Below are positions 37,111 to 50,999 of a DNA stretch of 64,000 bases, piece after piece. The stretch lies in NCBI GenBank assembly GCA_965202585.1, contig OZ241831.1, forward strand, positions 13,082,001 through 13,146,000, in the 5' to 3' direction. The first letter of the stretch is position 1. Every line of letters begins with the position of its first letter. A program made the position numbers and the translations under genes. Below the pieces are notes generated by a model, which saw only the letters and a program-made list of their open reading frames with translations, was not told the origin of the DNA and made no database searches. Source of the DNA: Thalia democratica (taxonomy: Eukaryota).

Positions 37111-37686
37111 GTGACGCACCGTGTCATTTAGTCGCTGTGTCAAAGTGACGTATCGTGTCATTTTGACGCTGTGCCAAAGTGACGCACCGTGTCATTTTGT
37201 CGCTGTGCCAAAGTGACCCTCAGTGCCTAAGTGACGCACCATATCATTTTGTCGCTGTGCCAAAGTGACCCTCCGTGCCAAAGTGACGCACCGTGTCGCT
37301 TTGTCGCTGTGCCAAAGTGACCCTCCGTGCCAAAGTGACGCACCGTGTCGCTTTGTCGCTGTGCCAAAGTGACCCTATGTGCAAAATTGACGCACCATGT
37401 CATTTTGTCGCTGTGCCAAAGTGACGCACCATGTCATTTAGTCGCCGTGCCAAAGTGACCCTCCGTGCCAAAGTGACACACTGTGCCAAGGTGACGCACC
37501 GTGTCATTTTGTCGCTGTGCCAAAGTGACGCACCGTGCCAGAGTGACGCACCGTGTCATTTTGTCGCTGTGCCAAAGTGACGCACCGTGTCATTTTGTCG
37601 CCGTGCCAAAGTGACCCTCCGTGTCGAAGTGACGCACCGTGCCAAAGTGACGCACCGTGTCATTTTGTCGCTGTGTCATTCTGACA
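37111..37686 (-). repeat. Right modular repeat array (reverse complement of the left array modules, different module order)
   Basis: GTGCCAAAGTGACGCACCGTGTCATTTTGTCGCT and GTGCCAAAGTGACCCTCC units. Confidence 0.95.
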
Positions 37687-40600
37687 CCCACCCCATAAAC
37701 TCAAGTTTAATCCTTTGCAGTAGCTTAGCTTTGTTTTTATTTTATTTTTACAATAGCTTGTAGAGTATATGATACTTAAGCATGTCCTGTTTTAGGGAAT
37801 TTTCAACTTAGCTTACTTACCGCAGGATATTGATTTTGCGGTAATTCTTGAAGAAATTTTGCTTTTTTGAGTTCATTTGCGGCAGTCAGCTAAGAGTTTG
37901 CGGCAGTGAAGTGGGCAAAATGGTCGTTTTCTAAATTGGAGTTTTAAAAGAGATTTCGTTTTAAAAAATAACGAAAGTATTATAGATACTTAATTTTTTC
38001 CTTACCAAATTTCCAGGTGGTGCAGTTGCGGCAGTGCAACACCCCACGCGACGCCCCTGGTTCCTACCTCAGGCCCTGGAGGACTACAATAAAAAGATTA
38101 AACCTTTATATTAGGCAGGAATCAGCAAAGTGCGGCCTGGGAAAAAAAAAACAGAGTTATATGGCCTTCGACGTGCTTTAAAGCTTTCAAACAATATTTA
38201 AGTTGTATGAAAACTATTTTAAGACTTCTTTGATAAAAATTTTTAAATTATCTTTAAAAATTAAATGTGATTAAACAACAAGGTTCACAAACTAGCATCT
38301 AAGTTTTATTTTTTTTTATTAGTAAATCATTTTTAAACACGACGGCCTATAGGCCATACCTGACATAGTTGCAAAAGTCTAAAACTTATACTTAACAAAA
38401 AATTAATTACTAAAGCCTTTTTAAAGTGTTTCAACATTTTTTAGCTTATTACTTTCAACGCAAAATACTTATTAATAACAAAACATTACCAGATTAAGTT
38501 GTCAAGTGATATTTAGCTAACTGATTATTTTTCAAAATTGGTTTTTAATAAAAAGAAATGGTTTAAAAACAAAAAAAAAGTCATTTTGATAATCAAGCTA
38601 GATTTAGCGTACATAATAGGATAAAAATAAAACAAACCTTCATTTTTTAAACATTTTTTTGGACAAGAAATGTTGGAAACTATTTTTTATAACTGTCATC
38701 ATTACAGTCAAAATTGTATAGGCAAAGTACAGATGGCGTGAAAAAATCATTTAAAAAATTTTTGCCCATGCAAGACTTCATATGGTGAAACTGGCTCGCC
38801 GACTAAAAATAATATCAGCCCCTAACAAAACGCAATATAACTAAGAACTAATTTATAAAATACTTGTAAGCTAGTTAGCTTTATTTTAAGAAATTTAAAG
38901 TTACTTAATTTATTTACTCTGAAAACACAATTTTATCTAGTGTACCTTAATTTAATTTTTAATTGCTGCCAATTTCGCTTTAAAGTATTTTTTTGGAAGC
39001 TCTAGAAAAAAAGAACTGGTTTTCTTTTGTTTGTATAAAATTGTATACTCTGTTTTTTTCAAGAAGAGTTAAAATAAAATTTAATATAGATTGTAGCCTT
39101 TAAAATATATTCAAGTGTTTTTTACTGACAATTTTGACAGCGTGTATAGAGTTTTTATCGTTTAAAGTAGTTCTGAAAACTATAAAGCCCGAGGTGTGTA
39201 TATGTTTTGATTTAAAGTTAAACTGTTCTGCAACGCATATTTTTAATTGAGATAGAGATCGGCAAACTGCGGCCCGCGGGCCAAATACATATTTTTACCC
39301 ATAACCAGCTGTTATATTCTTTTATTAGCTTTTTTGTTAATTTGATGATAATATATAAAATTTTAAGTCATTAAAAAAAAAATTCTGCAATTAAAAACTA
39401 TGCAAAGCTGTTTTCAATTGCTTGTCATTGAAATTTTCTTTCCTAAGTTGTTCATCCAGTATATTTTATTAACCACGACTGAAAAAACATGTTGCACTTA
39501 TAACTATAAAATACTATACTATACTAACTTTGCTTAACTAAAAAAATTATTATTTGACAGATAAAAAGTCTGGTAACAAAAAAATATACGATAAGTATTT
39601 TTACGGTAAGTGTAGTAACTTGATTTTAACATAAACTAAGTAGTTAAATATGGTTTTATTTTTATAGAAGTTGTTGTTTAGTAAGTTTAATATTTAAAAA
39701 GAAAAACTTTAAAAAACTGAACAGAAGGCTAAAAATCAAAAAGTATATTGCTACTTCAGATCTATTGACAGTAATTATCACAGTTATTACTTATCAATAA
39801 AGTAACAAACAAAAAATGTTTGATTAAATTTAAAAATCATTTTAGCATTTAAAAGAACGGGATTAAAAGTAAAATTTAACTCATTTAGAAAAAAAAATAC
39901 AGGTTCTATATATTTCTATCACTTAAAGTCTTAGTAGAAAATTTTAATAACACTTAAAAAAAAATTCTGTAGAGATTATAGATAAATAACAAGTTATATC
40001 AATGTGTAGCGAAAACTATGCTAACTTAAAAAAGGTTACAGTTAAGAAGTAGACTATTTCACAGGTGCGTTTTTAAGACTATATGTATGAAAAAAAATAT
40101 TGTTAATTAATTTAGAATAAAGGGAAAACTTTATTGTTTTTGATAGGATTGGCTATAAATTCAAAGTTGCAGTTTAAGGTAAAATTGTATACTATCTGAA
40201 GCACAATACTGCTTAAATTTTATTAGTGATAACAATTTTAACACTTTTAATAAACATACCTTGCAAGAAGGTATACCCTTTTTCTTACAACCTAACAACA
40301 AATTTTAATAAAATACGTTTTAAAATCTTTGAAAACTTAAGTCTAATTTTGTGCTTACGAATGATGATAAGAAAAAGAATTGTTTGGTTTTTGTTGAGCT
40401 AGAGAACGTTTTCAAAATGTTTAAAAGTATGTTTATTCTTTGAAAAATAGGTACTGTTAATTTTTGTACGTTTTGAAATGAATATAACTTTAGATAGATT
40501 TAGGCTGTATTACTTTGTATTTTGTTAACTGTTACTAAATTAACTTTTTATTAAATCATGTCTGATTCTATGATATCGAAATAGTATGTACTACTATTTT

Positions 40601-42650
40601 CGAGTTTAACAACCTGTAGATTTAATAAACTATATATTTGAATAAAATAAGTGAAATTTTAGTTGTGTTTTTCTAACAATTTTTTTCTGTTTTATGATTA
40701 CGTTTTAATAAATGCAACGTATTTTTTTCGGTCACAGTCATTGAAACAAACTCAGAGATCACTTTAGGAATTTTTTTTACTATTTAAAGATTGAAGAAAG
40801 ATTTTGTATCACTTTTAGTTTAAACAAAAAAAAAGATCGTTTAAATGAACTAAAGCGCCTTATGTTAACATCAAATCTTTCAAAAAGCTATTACAAGAAT
40901 TTTGTTTTTATTTTTTGAATAAGCAGATTAAAAATGTTTTAATAAACGAAAGATCTCTTTCTAAGCGTTATGTTTAAAGAACTGAGACAGTTTTTTACAA
41001 TGGTTTTTTAACGAAACTTTGTTATTAAAGCTACTACTACAATTTGTCAGATTTTTCTCTAAAAAAAGATGCAGAAAAACAATAAATTATGAAAAAATAA
41101 ATTCTATTTAGAACTAATACAAAGCAAAAGTTATCAGGGTTCGGCAGCCTTTTAAATCTAACAGATTAAAGCACATTATATCTTTGCCATTTTGCAAATT
41201 TTTAGCTTGTTTTCAATTGTTATTTGAATTCGTTTTCTTTTCTTTGCTGTCGTATCCATTTTTTAAACCAGGTAAAGTTCACAGTTTCAAAAGTATCTAT
41301 CTTACTTGCTAAATCATAAAAGCTTCCAAATAAACAAAAGAAACATATATTGTTTACTGAGCCCGAAAACAAATAATGAATTATAACATTAAATTTGAAA
41401 GAAATATTAGAAAGATGACGCGTAAATTGCTTTTTCATTTATATAAATTATGTTATGCATGTTTTTATAGTAAATTATTGATTTTTGCTGAATAAAATAA
41501 ATCTACTTCTCGACTAAAGCCGGCCGAACAAAAAAAAAACACTGTACTATAAAAATATAATAAAATAAGCAATGAAAACGAACTAGTAAAAGTTAATTGT
41601 TTATTTAAGAGCCTAATTGTAAGTTTTTACAACAATTCGTTTAATCTATTGCTTTAAACAAGTAAATTTTTGGCTGGAAAGTCCCTCACATCCGCAGTTG
41701 CCGATCTCTTCGCTACATAATTTCTGGCAAATGGTAACTAATGAAAGGGCGTTGTAGAACAGTTTAGTTTTTAAATTAATTACAAAATCTCGTACTATAT
41801 AATTTTCGGAGTTATGCTTTTACAACTAAATTCAGGTGGGTTCAATGTATTCTTATTCGTATTAGTTAATTATAAGTTTGAACAAGTATTTACAATTATA
41901 CTAGAATTCAAAACAAATTATTTTCGTATTAAATTGTTCGTATTGTATAAATTTTCTAATAAGTTTGTATCGTTTTTATTCTATTCTAAACAGATGTAAA
42001 ATAATATAGCTCGATTGCTAAAATAAAACCTTTTTTTTAATTCAACAATTTTTTCTAATTTGTTAAAACGTCTTGAAATAACCGTTATTTTTTGTCATAA
42101 CACTTAAAATACCTATTAAGTTTTTCTTTTTTTTTTCTTTTTCAAGTTGATTATATTTTTCCTTAACAAGTAAACTAATTAATTCTAATACCCTAGGTTA
42201 GTCCTAATAAAAAAATAGTTTTTAGATTTATAAAATCGTAGCTAGTAAAACTTTTTGAGTTTGTTATTGTATAAGTTCTTGTAACAAATTATAAATTGAA
42301 CCGTAACTTATAAAAAGGTCGTAAAATAGGACGATATTATCAAGTTTAAAACACTAGGTTTTGTAACTGTGTTTCTAAATGGCTTCTGACCTCTGCATTA
42401 TCGCTATAAATCGATTTTTGTACGTTTAGTATATTTAATTTTTAACTTTTACTAAAACTAATTGAAACAGATCTGAGGTCAGTTTAAGACTTAACTAAGA
42501 TAAGTATACTATGTCGTTTAATTACTTCCCAAGCTATACTAAAAAACTTATCTAAATCTTAATGCTTGAGTAGTTTTAACGTTAAGTCCTATATAAAACA
42601 TACAATGATTACTTTTGAGCAGTTTAATAATAAAAAAAGTTAAAAAGTTT

Positions 42651-42694
42651 TTATTCTTTGAAGTTGAAGCGATCTTGTTCTTCATAGTGACCAT
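42651..42694 (-). other. Terminal exon 10 of copy D
   Basis: Nearly identical to the copy B terminal exon. Confidence 0.7.
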
Positions 42695-42833
42695 CTGCAA
42701 AATAAAGTTTATCAAATTCCTTATTTAAAAAGACGAGATACTTTTTAAATAAGGTACTTGATATCTAACTTTGTTAGGTCGGTATGAAAAAAACCTTAAA
42801 ACGTTTTTATATCTTAGTATAAAGAATGTTTAC

Positions 42834-45800
42834 CTAACAAGTACGGAAGGTACATGAGTGAACTGATGGTGGACAGAAGTTCCATTTGCACATGAGTCTG
42901 AACGATGGACAGGTGAACTTGGCGTTACATTTGAAGCAGCAGCAGTAGTGCATGATCAATCTTGGCTCGTAGTAGTGGTGGAAGTAATCGAACTTTTCAA
43001 TAATCTTCTTCACTTTAGTGTCAACGCATTCGTGGTAGTGAGTTCTCAGGTTGAGAACAAGTTGGTTTGGGTTTTCACCGAAAACGCTGGAGAAGAACTT
43101 GTCAAAAGCAACCAAGTGGCAATGGGCACGCTTTAGATTTTGAATGTATATTTAGTTTGTGTTTACCAAGTATGATAGTCTATAAACTTCATTATATATT
43201 AAAAATATATTTTTTGTAAGTTTTTTAATGAGAAAATTTTATTAATCATTTTAAAGTTCTAGGAGTCTATTCGTGCACTATTTTTTGAACAAAATAGTCG
43301 ATACTATAAACTACATAAAAAAAAAAATACTGCCTATAAAATAACTTTTTTTAAATCTGAAAAATGTCGTTATCAATAAAAAAATAAATAGAGATATTTG
43401 AAAGCTATTGTAAATTCAAACTAACGTGGGTCAAAGTCTTGATGATGGCAGCACGTTGATGGACACGTTTGTTGTAGAGTCCCTTGATGTAAGCGTCGAT
43501 CTTTGACTGTCTGCCGGACATGCACTGGTGGAAGTTGGCTTTCACTTTGTGGATCATCTGGTCAGCATGAGTTTTCCATTGCAAGATGCGAACGTGAACT
43601 CTTTCGTGGACGCACTCGATTTGGTGGAGCATTTTATGTTGATGGAGGTCGATCCATTCCTTGGCTTGAGCCCTCAACAAATTGTGGAAGTTTTCAATTT
43701 CAGCTTGAGTCGGTGGGCATCTGAAATTGATAAATTTTTTCTATGCAACTAGTATACTATGATCCATTACTATAATCATAATATTAGAGACGGGACTGTT
43801 AAGTAGCTTTTAAACTCATAATTTTAAGCTTTTTTCGTTTAGTGTTTCATACAAAATTAGTTAGACAAAACAAAACTTGCTATTTTACCTAACTTCTATT
43901 CTAACACATAAAATCATGATTTAAAGTTCATATTTTTTTATAAAAACAGAGTAATTATATTTTTACTTTACTTTTGTGTTGGATCAAACTTGTTTCATAA
44001 CCGTTCTCTAACAAAACTTTTCTATATTTAGTTGTTCGATAGATCTTCTTTTATAAACTTTAGTTTCTTAAACACAAAAAAAAAGTTATAAACATACCCG
44101 TTGTATCCCTTTGGCATCTTGCAAACAATAAGTTCTTCAAGACCAGTGATAGCAAAATGGCACCATTCTTCAACTTGCTTCTTCCATGATCTGTATTTGT
44201 ATGCGAGCTCTTGAGTGTATACGTTGCATTTTCTGTGAATTTCTTCTTCGTATTTCTCAGAATGGAACTCGCCACCGGATTCTTGTTCCTCTGTAATTAC
44301 ATTTTCGCTTTAAAATTGTTATTTTTACATTTTTACATATTTAAAGAGTTAACATTAATGATAAAGTTTAAAAATAAAAACTTTATTAAATTAGTAAAAA
44401 AAATATTTTTTCCTTTTTTTCTTTTAAAAAACAAGCACTACAATTTAACTTACTCTTCGAACAAGTTTTAAGAGTTTTGTATGCACATCCGTTCCATTCA
44501 GCTGAGAAAGCTCCAACACTACTGAGGTTAAACTTGCATTTTGGTGCAACTGGAAGATCACCGCTAAAAAGAAAAAGTATTTATGACGTTTTGAAAAGTA
44601 AAATAAATACTTATTTTATTAAACTGATCTTACCATTTTGATTGTTTTCTTACAATGCTGTAGCAACCGTTTCTGAAGTAACAGACATAAGTACATCTGT
44701 AATCTTTTTCAACCATTTGTGCTGCTTGCATCACTTTAGTGTAGAAACCTTGGACCAAAGTCTGATCGTATCTGACCATTTCTTCTTCCCATTGCTTAAT
44801 TGCATCTTCAAATTCGGAAGGCATATCTTTGCCTTCTATAAATTTTTACACAGCTTAGTAAAACACATAGATTTTTTTTTGATACACCTACTTAAAGCTG
44901 TTTGTTAGTCGGAAAAGCTACGTATAATATTCTAGTTTAGACTAATAGTTTTTCATGTTGTAGATTTAATTAGCTAAAACTTATACAAAATATTATATAA
45001 ATATAAAATTCACTAACTGTAGATAGTAGCAAAGATGTGTCTGACGTAAGTAATTTTTCTAGAACGAAGTTTATCAAGTTTTTCATGGTAAACGTTGACG
45101 TAATGATGGGCACGTTCACCCATTTTACCATGAATGCCACCGATTTGGTGTTGACGCTTTTGAAGACATCCTTTTAACCTAATTTAGTTGATTCGTGTTT
45201 GATTTTATGTTTTCTACAATTGTTCATGTTGTTTTTTAAATTTTTTTTTGTGTTTTCGAGTGCTTAGCTTAAAATGTAGTAGTTTGATATTTGTATATCA
45301 TCTTATGTGATGACTAAAGTTTTAACTTTAACTTTTTCAATGAATTTTCTGTTTCTATACTTAAAATTAATCTGCTTCTTTGCAAGCAAATCACATACTA
45401 AAAATAAACGTTTTTTTCAAAAAAATTATGCTTTATATTATTTTACTTACTGGTCAACAAGATGACAATGGTATTGCTCAATCTTTTGCATAATTTGATG
45501 AACATTTCCGTTGTAGCGAGCAATACCCTGTTGTTTGTAACCTTCAAGCTCGTCGGAGTATTGTTTCAATCTACCTTCAAGTTCGGAGTATGCGCAGTTG
45601 GTAGCATGTTGGTAGTAATCTCTGAAGGTGCACACGTATTGGTGGTTCAAGTCCATGAGCATCTTGATCCATTGTTCTTGTCCTTGCATCAACTCACCGT
45701 AGATCTGTTGTCTGACATGGGCGAGTCTCTGTTCGATCTCACTGATTCTTCCGGCGGCGTTTTCCTCTGTTACAAAAAAAAAACTTGAGTTATTTATTTG

Positions 45801-46589
45801 CTTATATTATTATTATTTTTACTTTCAGTTTTAATTTTTTTAAATAAAGATAAAGATGAGTTTTATGTGATTGAAAATTAAAAATAAAGTTAAGGTAAAT
45901 GGTTGACAATTTTTACTTAAGTATGTAATATATCTATATGTTTTTTTTTCCAGTTTTTAAACGGAAATTTATACGAAAATATTAAATTTCATTAATTCAT
46001 AAATTTTAGTGAACTTTTTTAAGTAGTTAAGATAATTTTGTTTTAGTTTTACTAAACACTTACCGGCTTCACAGCCTTTTGGTACGAAACATTTTGGGAA
46101 TTCACAAAGTATGCCTCTATAGAAGTGACCCTGACACCAAGCTTGGTTGAAGTTGACTTTGTAGCTGTAGTAGCTTTGATGTGGCACAACACAGAAGTTC
46201 TGATTGCACCAGTAATCGTAATCTGGGATGTTAAATACTGCAGCTTGGGAAGCCTGAAAAGTGTAGAATAAATATTAATGCTGTTTATTTTACATTAATG
46301 TTTCGGCAAGAATAAATAAAACTTAGATTCTTGGTTAATTGAGCTTATTAGACACATCATTAAGTAAAAATTAGTGATAGAATCTTTTATGAATGGAATA
46401 CATCTTTAATCACGTTTAAATTTTGAACTAGCAATAAATTTTATATTTTTCTGTGTTATGTTAAATGTTAGCTTTACAAATTATTTGTACCCATCATAAG
46501 TTATTATGCTTTTAAAATTCTGAAAAACAGTATATGATAAATTTTAAACTTACTACAATGCATGCTAAGAAGACAGCGACTATCTTCAT
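42834..46589 (-). CDS. Copy D, complete, ~599 aa. Exons 46589-46554, 46253-46064, 45766-45451, 45178-45018, 44835-44634, 44563-44454, 44290-44098, 43720-43426, 43130-42834
   Basis: Same exon lengths and phases as the other copies; open frame. The exon-9 acceptor is an atypical A-rich ...AATCTAAAG, shared with copy C. Confidence 0.86.
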
Positions 46590-46655
46590 ACTTTTGATTG
46601 TCTGTATTATTATAATCAAACAAGCAATAGATGTCAAATATCGGGTCCTCTGTAC

Positions 46656-46780
46656 TTTTATACTTCATTGTAAAAACAAAACTTTATTAAACAAACAAAT
46701 TTGTACAATTACACTTTCAATAAAATAAACAACACTTAGTGTAAAGTGTTTGAGTAGTACTCGAAAATACTTGAAAATGA
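46656..46780 (-). promoter_or_regulatory. Copy D core promoter (TATAAAA 46662-46656 and conserved upstream block)
   Basis: Same spacing and block as copy B. Confidence 0.72.
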
Positions 46781-47051
46781 AAGTTTTGTTTTATTTTTTA
46801 ACGAACCCGTATTTAGAAATTTTAAGCTCAAGTTTTGCTTGTTAAAATTAATATTTACAGATTGTTTTTTATAAAGAATTTAAATTAAACTTATTTTTTT
46901 ACTTAGTCGATTATAGTAATCATAAAAGCTTAACTTTTTTTTTATCTATATATTTAAGTAACTTTAAATGATTCCAGGCTTAAACAGGTCCTTAATCTTT
47001 AAATTTTATTAGGTTAGACACTTTTTATAATTTTACAAATATACAATACCC

Positions 47052-47175
47052 AATCAACTCGTAGAAAGTTTATTGCACAATCATTTCCGTTTAGCTTTTA
47101 CAACAAACCACGGAACCGGAAACACATCCGATTCGTTTCACTGACAATAAAAACTTTTGGCCAGACAGTATAGTT
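47052..47175 (-). repeat. Conserved non-coding element, copy 2
   Basis: Reverse complement of the core at 21315-21374. Confidence 0.8.
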
Positions 47176-49020
47176 TGAATATTTTCAAATTTTGATTATA
47201 GTGAAAGGTGTTTTAATTAACCTAAAACAGATATATTTAATGATTATTACTTAAACTGATTAAGCATTGAAGTAAAACTGTGTATGAAAATAATATAGCT
47301 ATAAACATTATACTTTTAATTTATAAGTTATGTACTTATTTTTCACTACCTTTTCTAACAAAAAATTTAGCAACTTTTTTTTATTTACATAAAATAAAAA
47401 ATTTAATATTATTTATATATAATTTTTGATTATCAAAAAAACATTTTTTGTCTAATTAATTTCCTGATAAAATTATTTTCTATAATTAATTATAATTATT
47501 AATTAATACCTAGCTTTCCTACTCTCTTAAATTGTATAAAGCAGGTCTATATTACAAATCACAAATAACTTGGTTACGTGACAATTTGAATTCGTACAAT
47601 TCAAATTCTTTAAAATAAATGTTAAAGAAGTCATACCTCAAATAGTTATATGTATTTAGAAACAATGGTTATAGACCTAATTAAAAAGATTATGATAGTA
47701 ATTCATTAAATTGAGAAAATTTATATTCAAAATTATTATTTTTAATAATATGTAACTGTGTTTGAAAACTATCAAAATCATTAAAGTTTTGCAAACAGAT
47801 AAAAAAAAAAGGTTGTATGTAATAAATAGAACTACATAAAAATTATTATTTTTATCAATTGTATAGTACTTTTTGAGTTGTAACCCTTTACAAAAATTTT
47901 TAAGAATTTCAATAGTCCGAATTTTAATAGTTATTGTTTAAAAAGTCGTGCACCCCAAGAACTGAATTAAAAAAAAAAAATTGAAATTAATAGTGTAATT
48001 TTTTCACATATATAGATTATCCTGAATATGAGTTTGAAGTTTCGTTAGTAAGCCTAACAAAGTACTAAATTGTTTGATTTTTATAACAACTGTAAGGTGT
48101 AACAAGTTTTGTAAATAAAAAGGTCAAAAACTGGTTCCCGTCCCTAAGCAAGAGGACGTTGAAGCTTTGAAAAATGTTCTCGATCACAGTTTTCCGCAAC
48201 AATACGGGGACTACAACTACTACATCACAGTTGTCTACAACATATTTTTCTACCTTCATGGTTATCTCTAACCCTTACACTTGGTACCTGTTATTGTTCT
48301 TTAGGATAACTATGATGTGATAGCTGTAGACTACGAGTGTTGTGGACAACTACTATCGAGCATCTACTTCGAAGCGTAAATGTCATTTTGGTTGGTGACA
48401 GGAGCCAGTAATTGACTTTTATCTTTGTGAAACGCTTTCGCCTCAAAATTTATCATGGTAACTACTAGCGTAGTTGGGTCGCTTTTCACTGTTGGGTTTA
48501 ACTTTTTTATATTTATTTTAATTTTTTTTATTGACATTTTCTCATTTTCTGTGCATTTTTTCAATTTTTTTTTGTTTTTCCCTGTTTTTAAATACTAATG
48601 TTACCCCTATCCCTTTCCCTTAATCAGTTTTTTTCTTTTTTTGAAATTATTCTTTTAACTATCACTGTTAATTCTAACCCTTAGCATTGGTCAGTGATTT
48701 TTTTTTCAACTTTTTTGATATTATCTAACTATGACTATTATCCTTAACCCATTCCTTTAGTCAGTAAGCGGTCATTCTGCTGTGCAAAACTGTCACTGGT
48801 GCAAAATTTACGCGCAAAACTCTGCTGTGCAATCTAAATAAATTTTAAATTAATGTAAAAGCTTTTTTATTTTTGATGCGTCACATATCTTAACGCTACT
48901 TACAACTTGTCCGCTAAAAAATACTTTTAGCTTTACTTTTCTTTTCATGTTTTAGAGTATAAGTGTTTATCGCTTTATTTTTGCCATTTAGTATTGCTTC
49001 GGTGCTTAGATAGCTTTAGT

Positions 49021-49225
49021 AATAAGTAAATGCAGCAACCAGCACACGTTTCCGTTTTAGTGGTTTACTAAAAACCATTTACAATACTCAAAACTTAGGT
49101 TGAAAAACACAAACTATAATAATTTGTCGAAAGTTTTTATTGTCAGTAAAAACGAATCGGATGTGTTTCCGGTTTCGTGGTTTGTTGTAAAAGCCATTCG
49201 GAAAACTCGCAAAATATTTTCTACG
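49021..49225 (+). repeat. Conserved non-coding element, copy 3
   Basis: Direct match to 21221-21400. Confidence 0.8.
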
Positions 49226-50999
49226 TGTTTATGTGGCACTGTCTTTTTCATAAAATTAAGTTATCGACTTTTAATTAAAGTTCTAAACTTAAAAAAACTA
49301 GAACAAAGAAAGTAAAAATAAGATTTTAATTAAAGTACTAAGATAAAATTGATAGTTAAAAAAAAGTTACTAACTTATAATTTTATTTTCGATCTTTTGT
49401 ACCGTGTGTTTAATAGTTTTATACTGTAGCAACTATAAATTAAAATTGTAAAACGATTTTATTTTTTAAGTTTATAAGACAGTTTTTGAAACAAAATTAT
49501 TTTACTACAAAACTTAAATACATTTTTTTTTGCTTTGGTTTAGTTTATAAAAGTACTTGCAAAATTCATTTATTCATTCATAACAACATTATGCAAATGA
49601 GGTTAAGTGATAATACAACAGTATATTTATAACATCTTAACCTATATCCCAAACCATTAGTACTCAAAATTTGTAAACTTTACCCTCAACCCTAACCCAC
49701 CTTAACCAAATTTAAAAAAATAGAAAACAAATAAAGTTTGTTAATTAAAACAAAAAAAAAGTTAACCAATTAGAAGCGTCTTAAATGTGAAGCTGAGGCA
49801 ATAAAAAACGACAATTTAACGTTTTAATTTTCAAATTTACAATATACACGAGTTAAAGAAAAGTTTTACTAAAAGATAGTAGTTTTACATTACTTTGAAA
49901 CTATAGTTTTATTATATAACAGTTTGTTACTAACTTTTATTTATAGTTCTTTCCTTAAGCTTTTTTGATATGCTTGTCTGTAAACTATGAGTTTGATGTG
50001 TTTTATAACATAAAATAAATTTATACTTTACAAGAGCTGAACTTTTGCAACTGCAGTTATCTATATTATTTTTTATGTGTTCAAGTCAAAAGAATTCTTA
50101 TAGAGGTATTAAAAAAAAGGCTTCCAGTTTAAACCTGTTGATAAATTGAACAGTTTTTTTTTAAAACTATTGCATTTTTAAGTAAGTAATAATATTCTGT
50201 ATTTATTATTGAAATTATGAAATTAGAATGTTGTCCATAAGAAAGTACTTTATTTTGGACTGCTATAACTTAAAACTTTGCAATTTTGTATTCAAAATAA
50301 AAATTGACGTTTCAGAGACATAGATTATAATAATAAGTACAAATATAATTTTTTTATTTTTTATTCTTTATTGGTTTTAGACACTATGCATCTAATTTTA
50401 CAAAAAGATTTGGATAAACATAGCTGCTTGGGACAACATTGTTGGACAATAAGTTGTTTTTAAAGTTATAGAAAAACAGAGACAAATAAGAAATAATAAT
50501 TTTTTTAATGGTTTTCGGTAAAGTTTACATGAATATTTTATGTAAGCTGAACACAAAAACTTAAGATAAAATTACTTACTTAAAAATTTATGCAAATTAA
50601 ACATAAACAAGTATTTTTATTTAATGCTAAAAATACTTTTGAATATAATATATTACATAAATATTAATTACTTAATTGTATCATAGAATTTACATACAAT
50701 TGTTTGGTTAAACAAATTACTTTTTTTTTAATAAAAAAACTAAGTAAGTTGAAATCTAATTATATTATAAAATTTAAACAAGAAATTTAGGTAGATAACT
50801 CTGATTATGTTGAAAGTTTTTGATTGAAATATTTCTCAATTTATAAACTTATTAAAAGCAAACTTTATAAATTTAAAAATTACTGTATTTTAAGTAAACT
50901 TTAAATATGTTTACCATAACTATAAGTTTAAAAAATAAAAGCTAGACTTAAAGACTCTAAATGTTAATTGGCTAGAAAATAAAAAAATACCTCGTTTTT

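Larger units (their letters stand above)
34721..37693. mobile_element. Foldback/Mutator-like non-autonomous element with modular minisatellite TIRs
   Basis: 9-bp TSD CATAAACTC (34712-34720 and 37694-37702); GGG...CCC termini; ~580-bp inverted arrays at both ends; AT-rich non-coding interior. Confidence 0.85.
30556..38059. mobile_element. hAT DNA transposon (ZMYM1-like/Tip100-type transposase remnant), internally deleted, with nested insertions
   Basis: TIRs CAGTGGCGTCGCGTGG / CAGGGGCGTCGCGTGG (15 of 16); perfect 8-bp TSD GTTCCTAC (30548-30555 and 38060-38067). Confidence 0.93.
29908..38088. mobile_element. Possible solo-LTR-like insertion (~680 bp of own sequence: 29908-30555 plus 38068-38088) hosting a 7.5-kb hAT nest
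   Basis: Absent from the A-B spacer (empty site at ~4300); TGTA...TACA termini; flanks ATGA / ATAA (4-bp TSD with one mismatch at best); no coding remnant seen. Confidence 0.4.

Noticed and set aside
48590-49715. Scattered TAACCC-like words as interstitial telomere
   Set aside because: Not tandem; isolated, degenerate units only.
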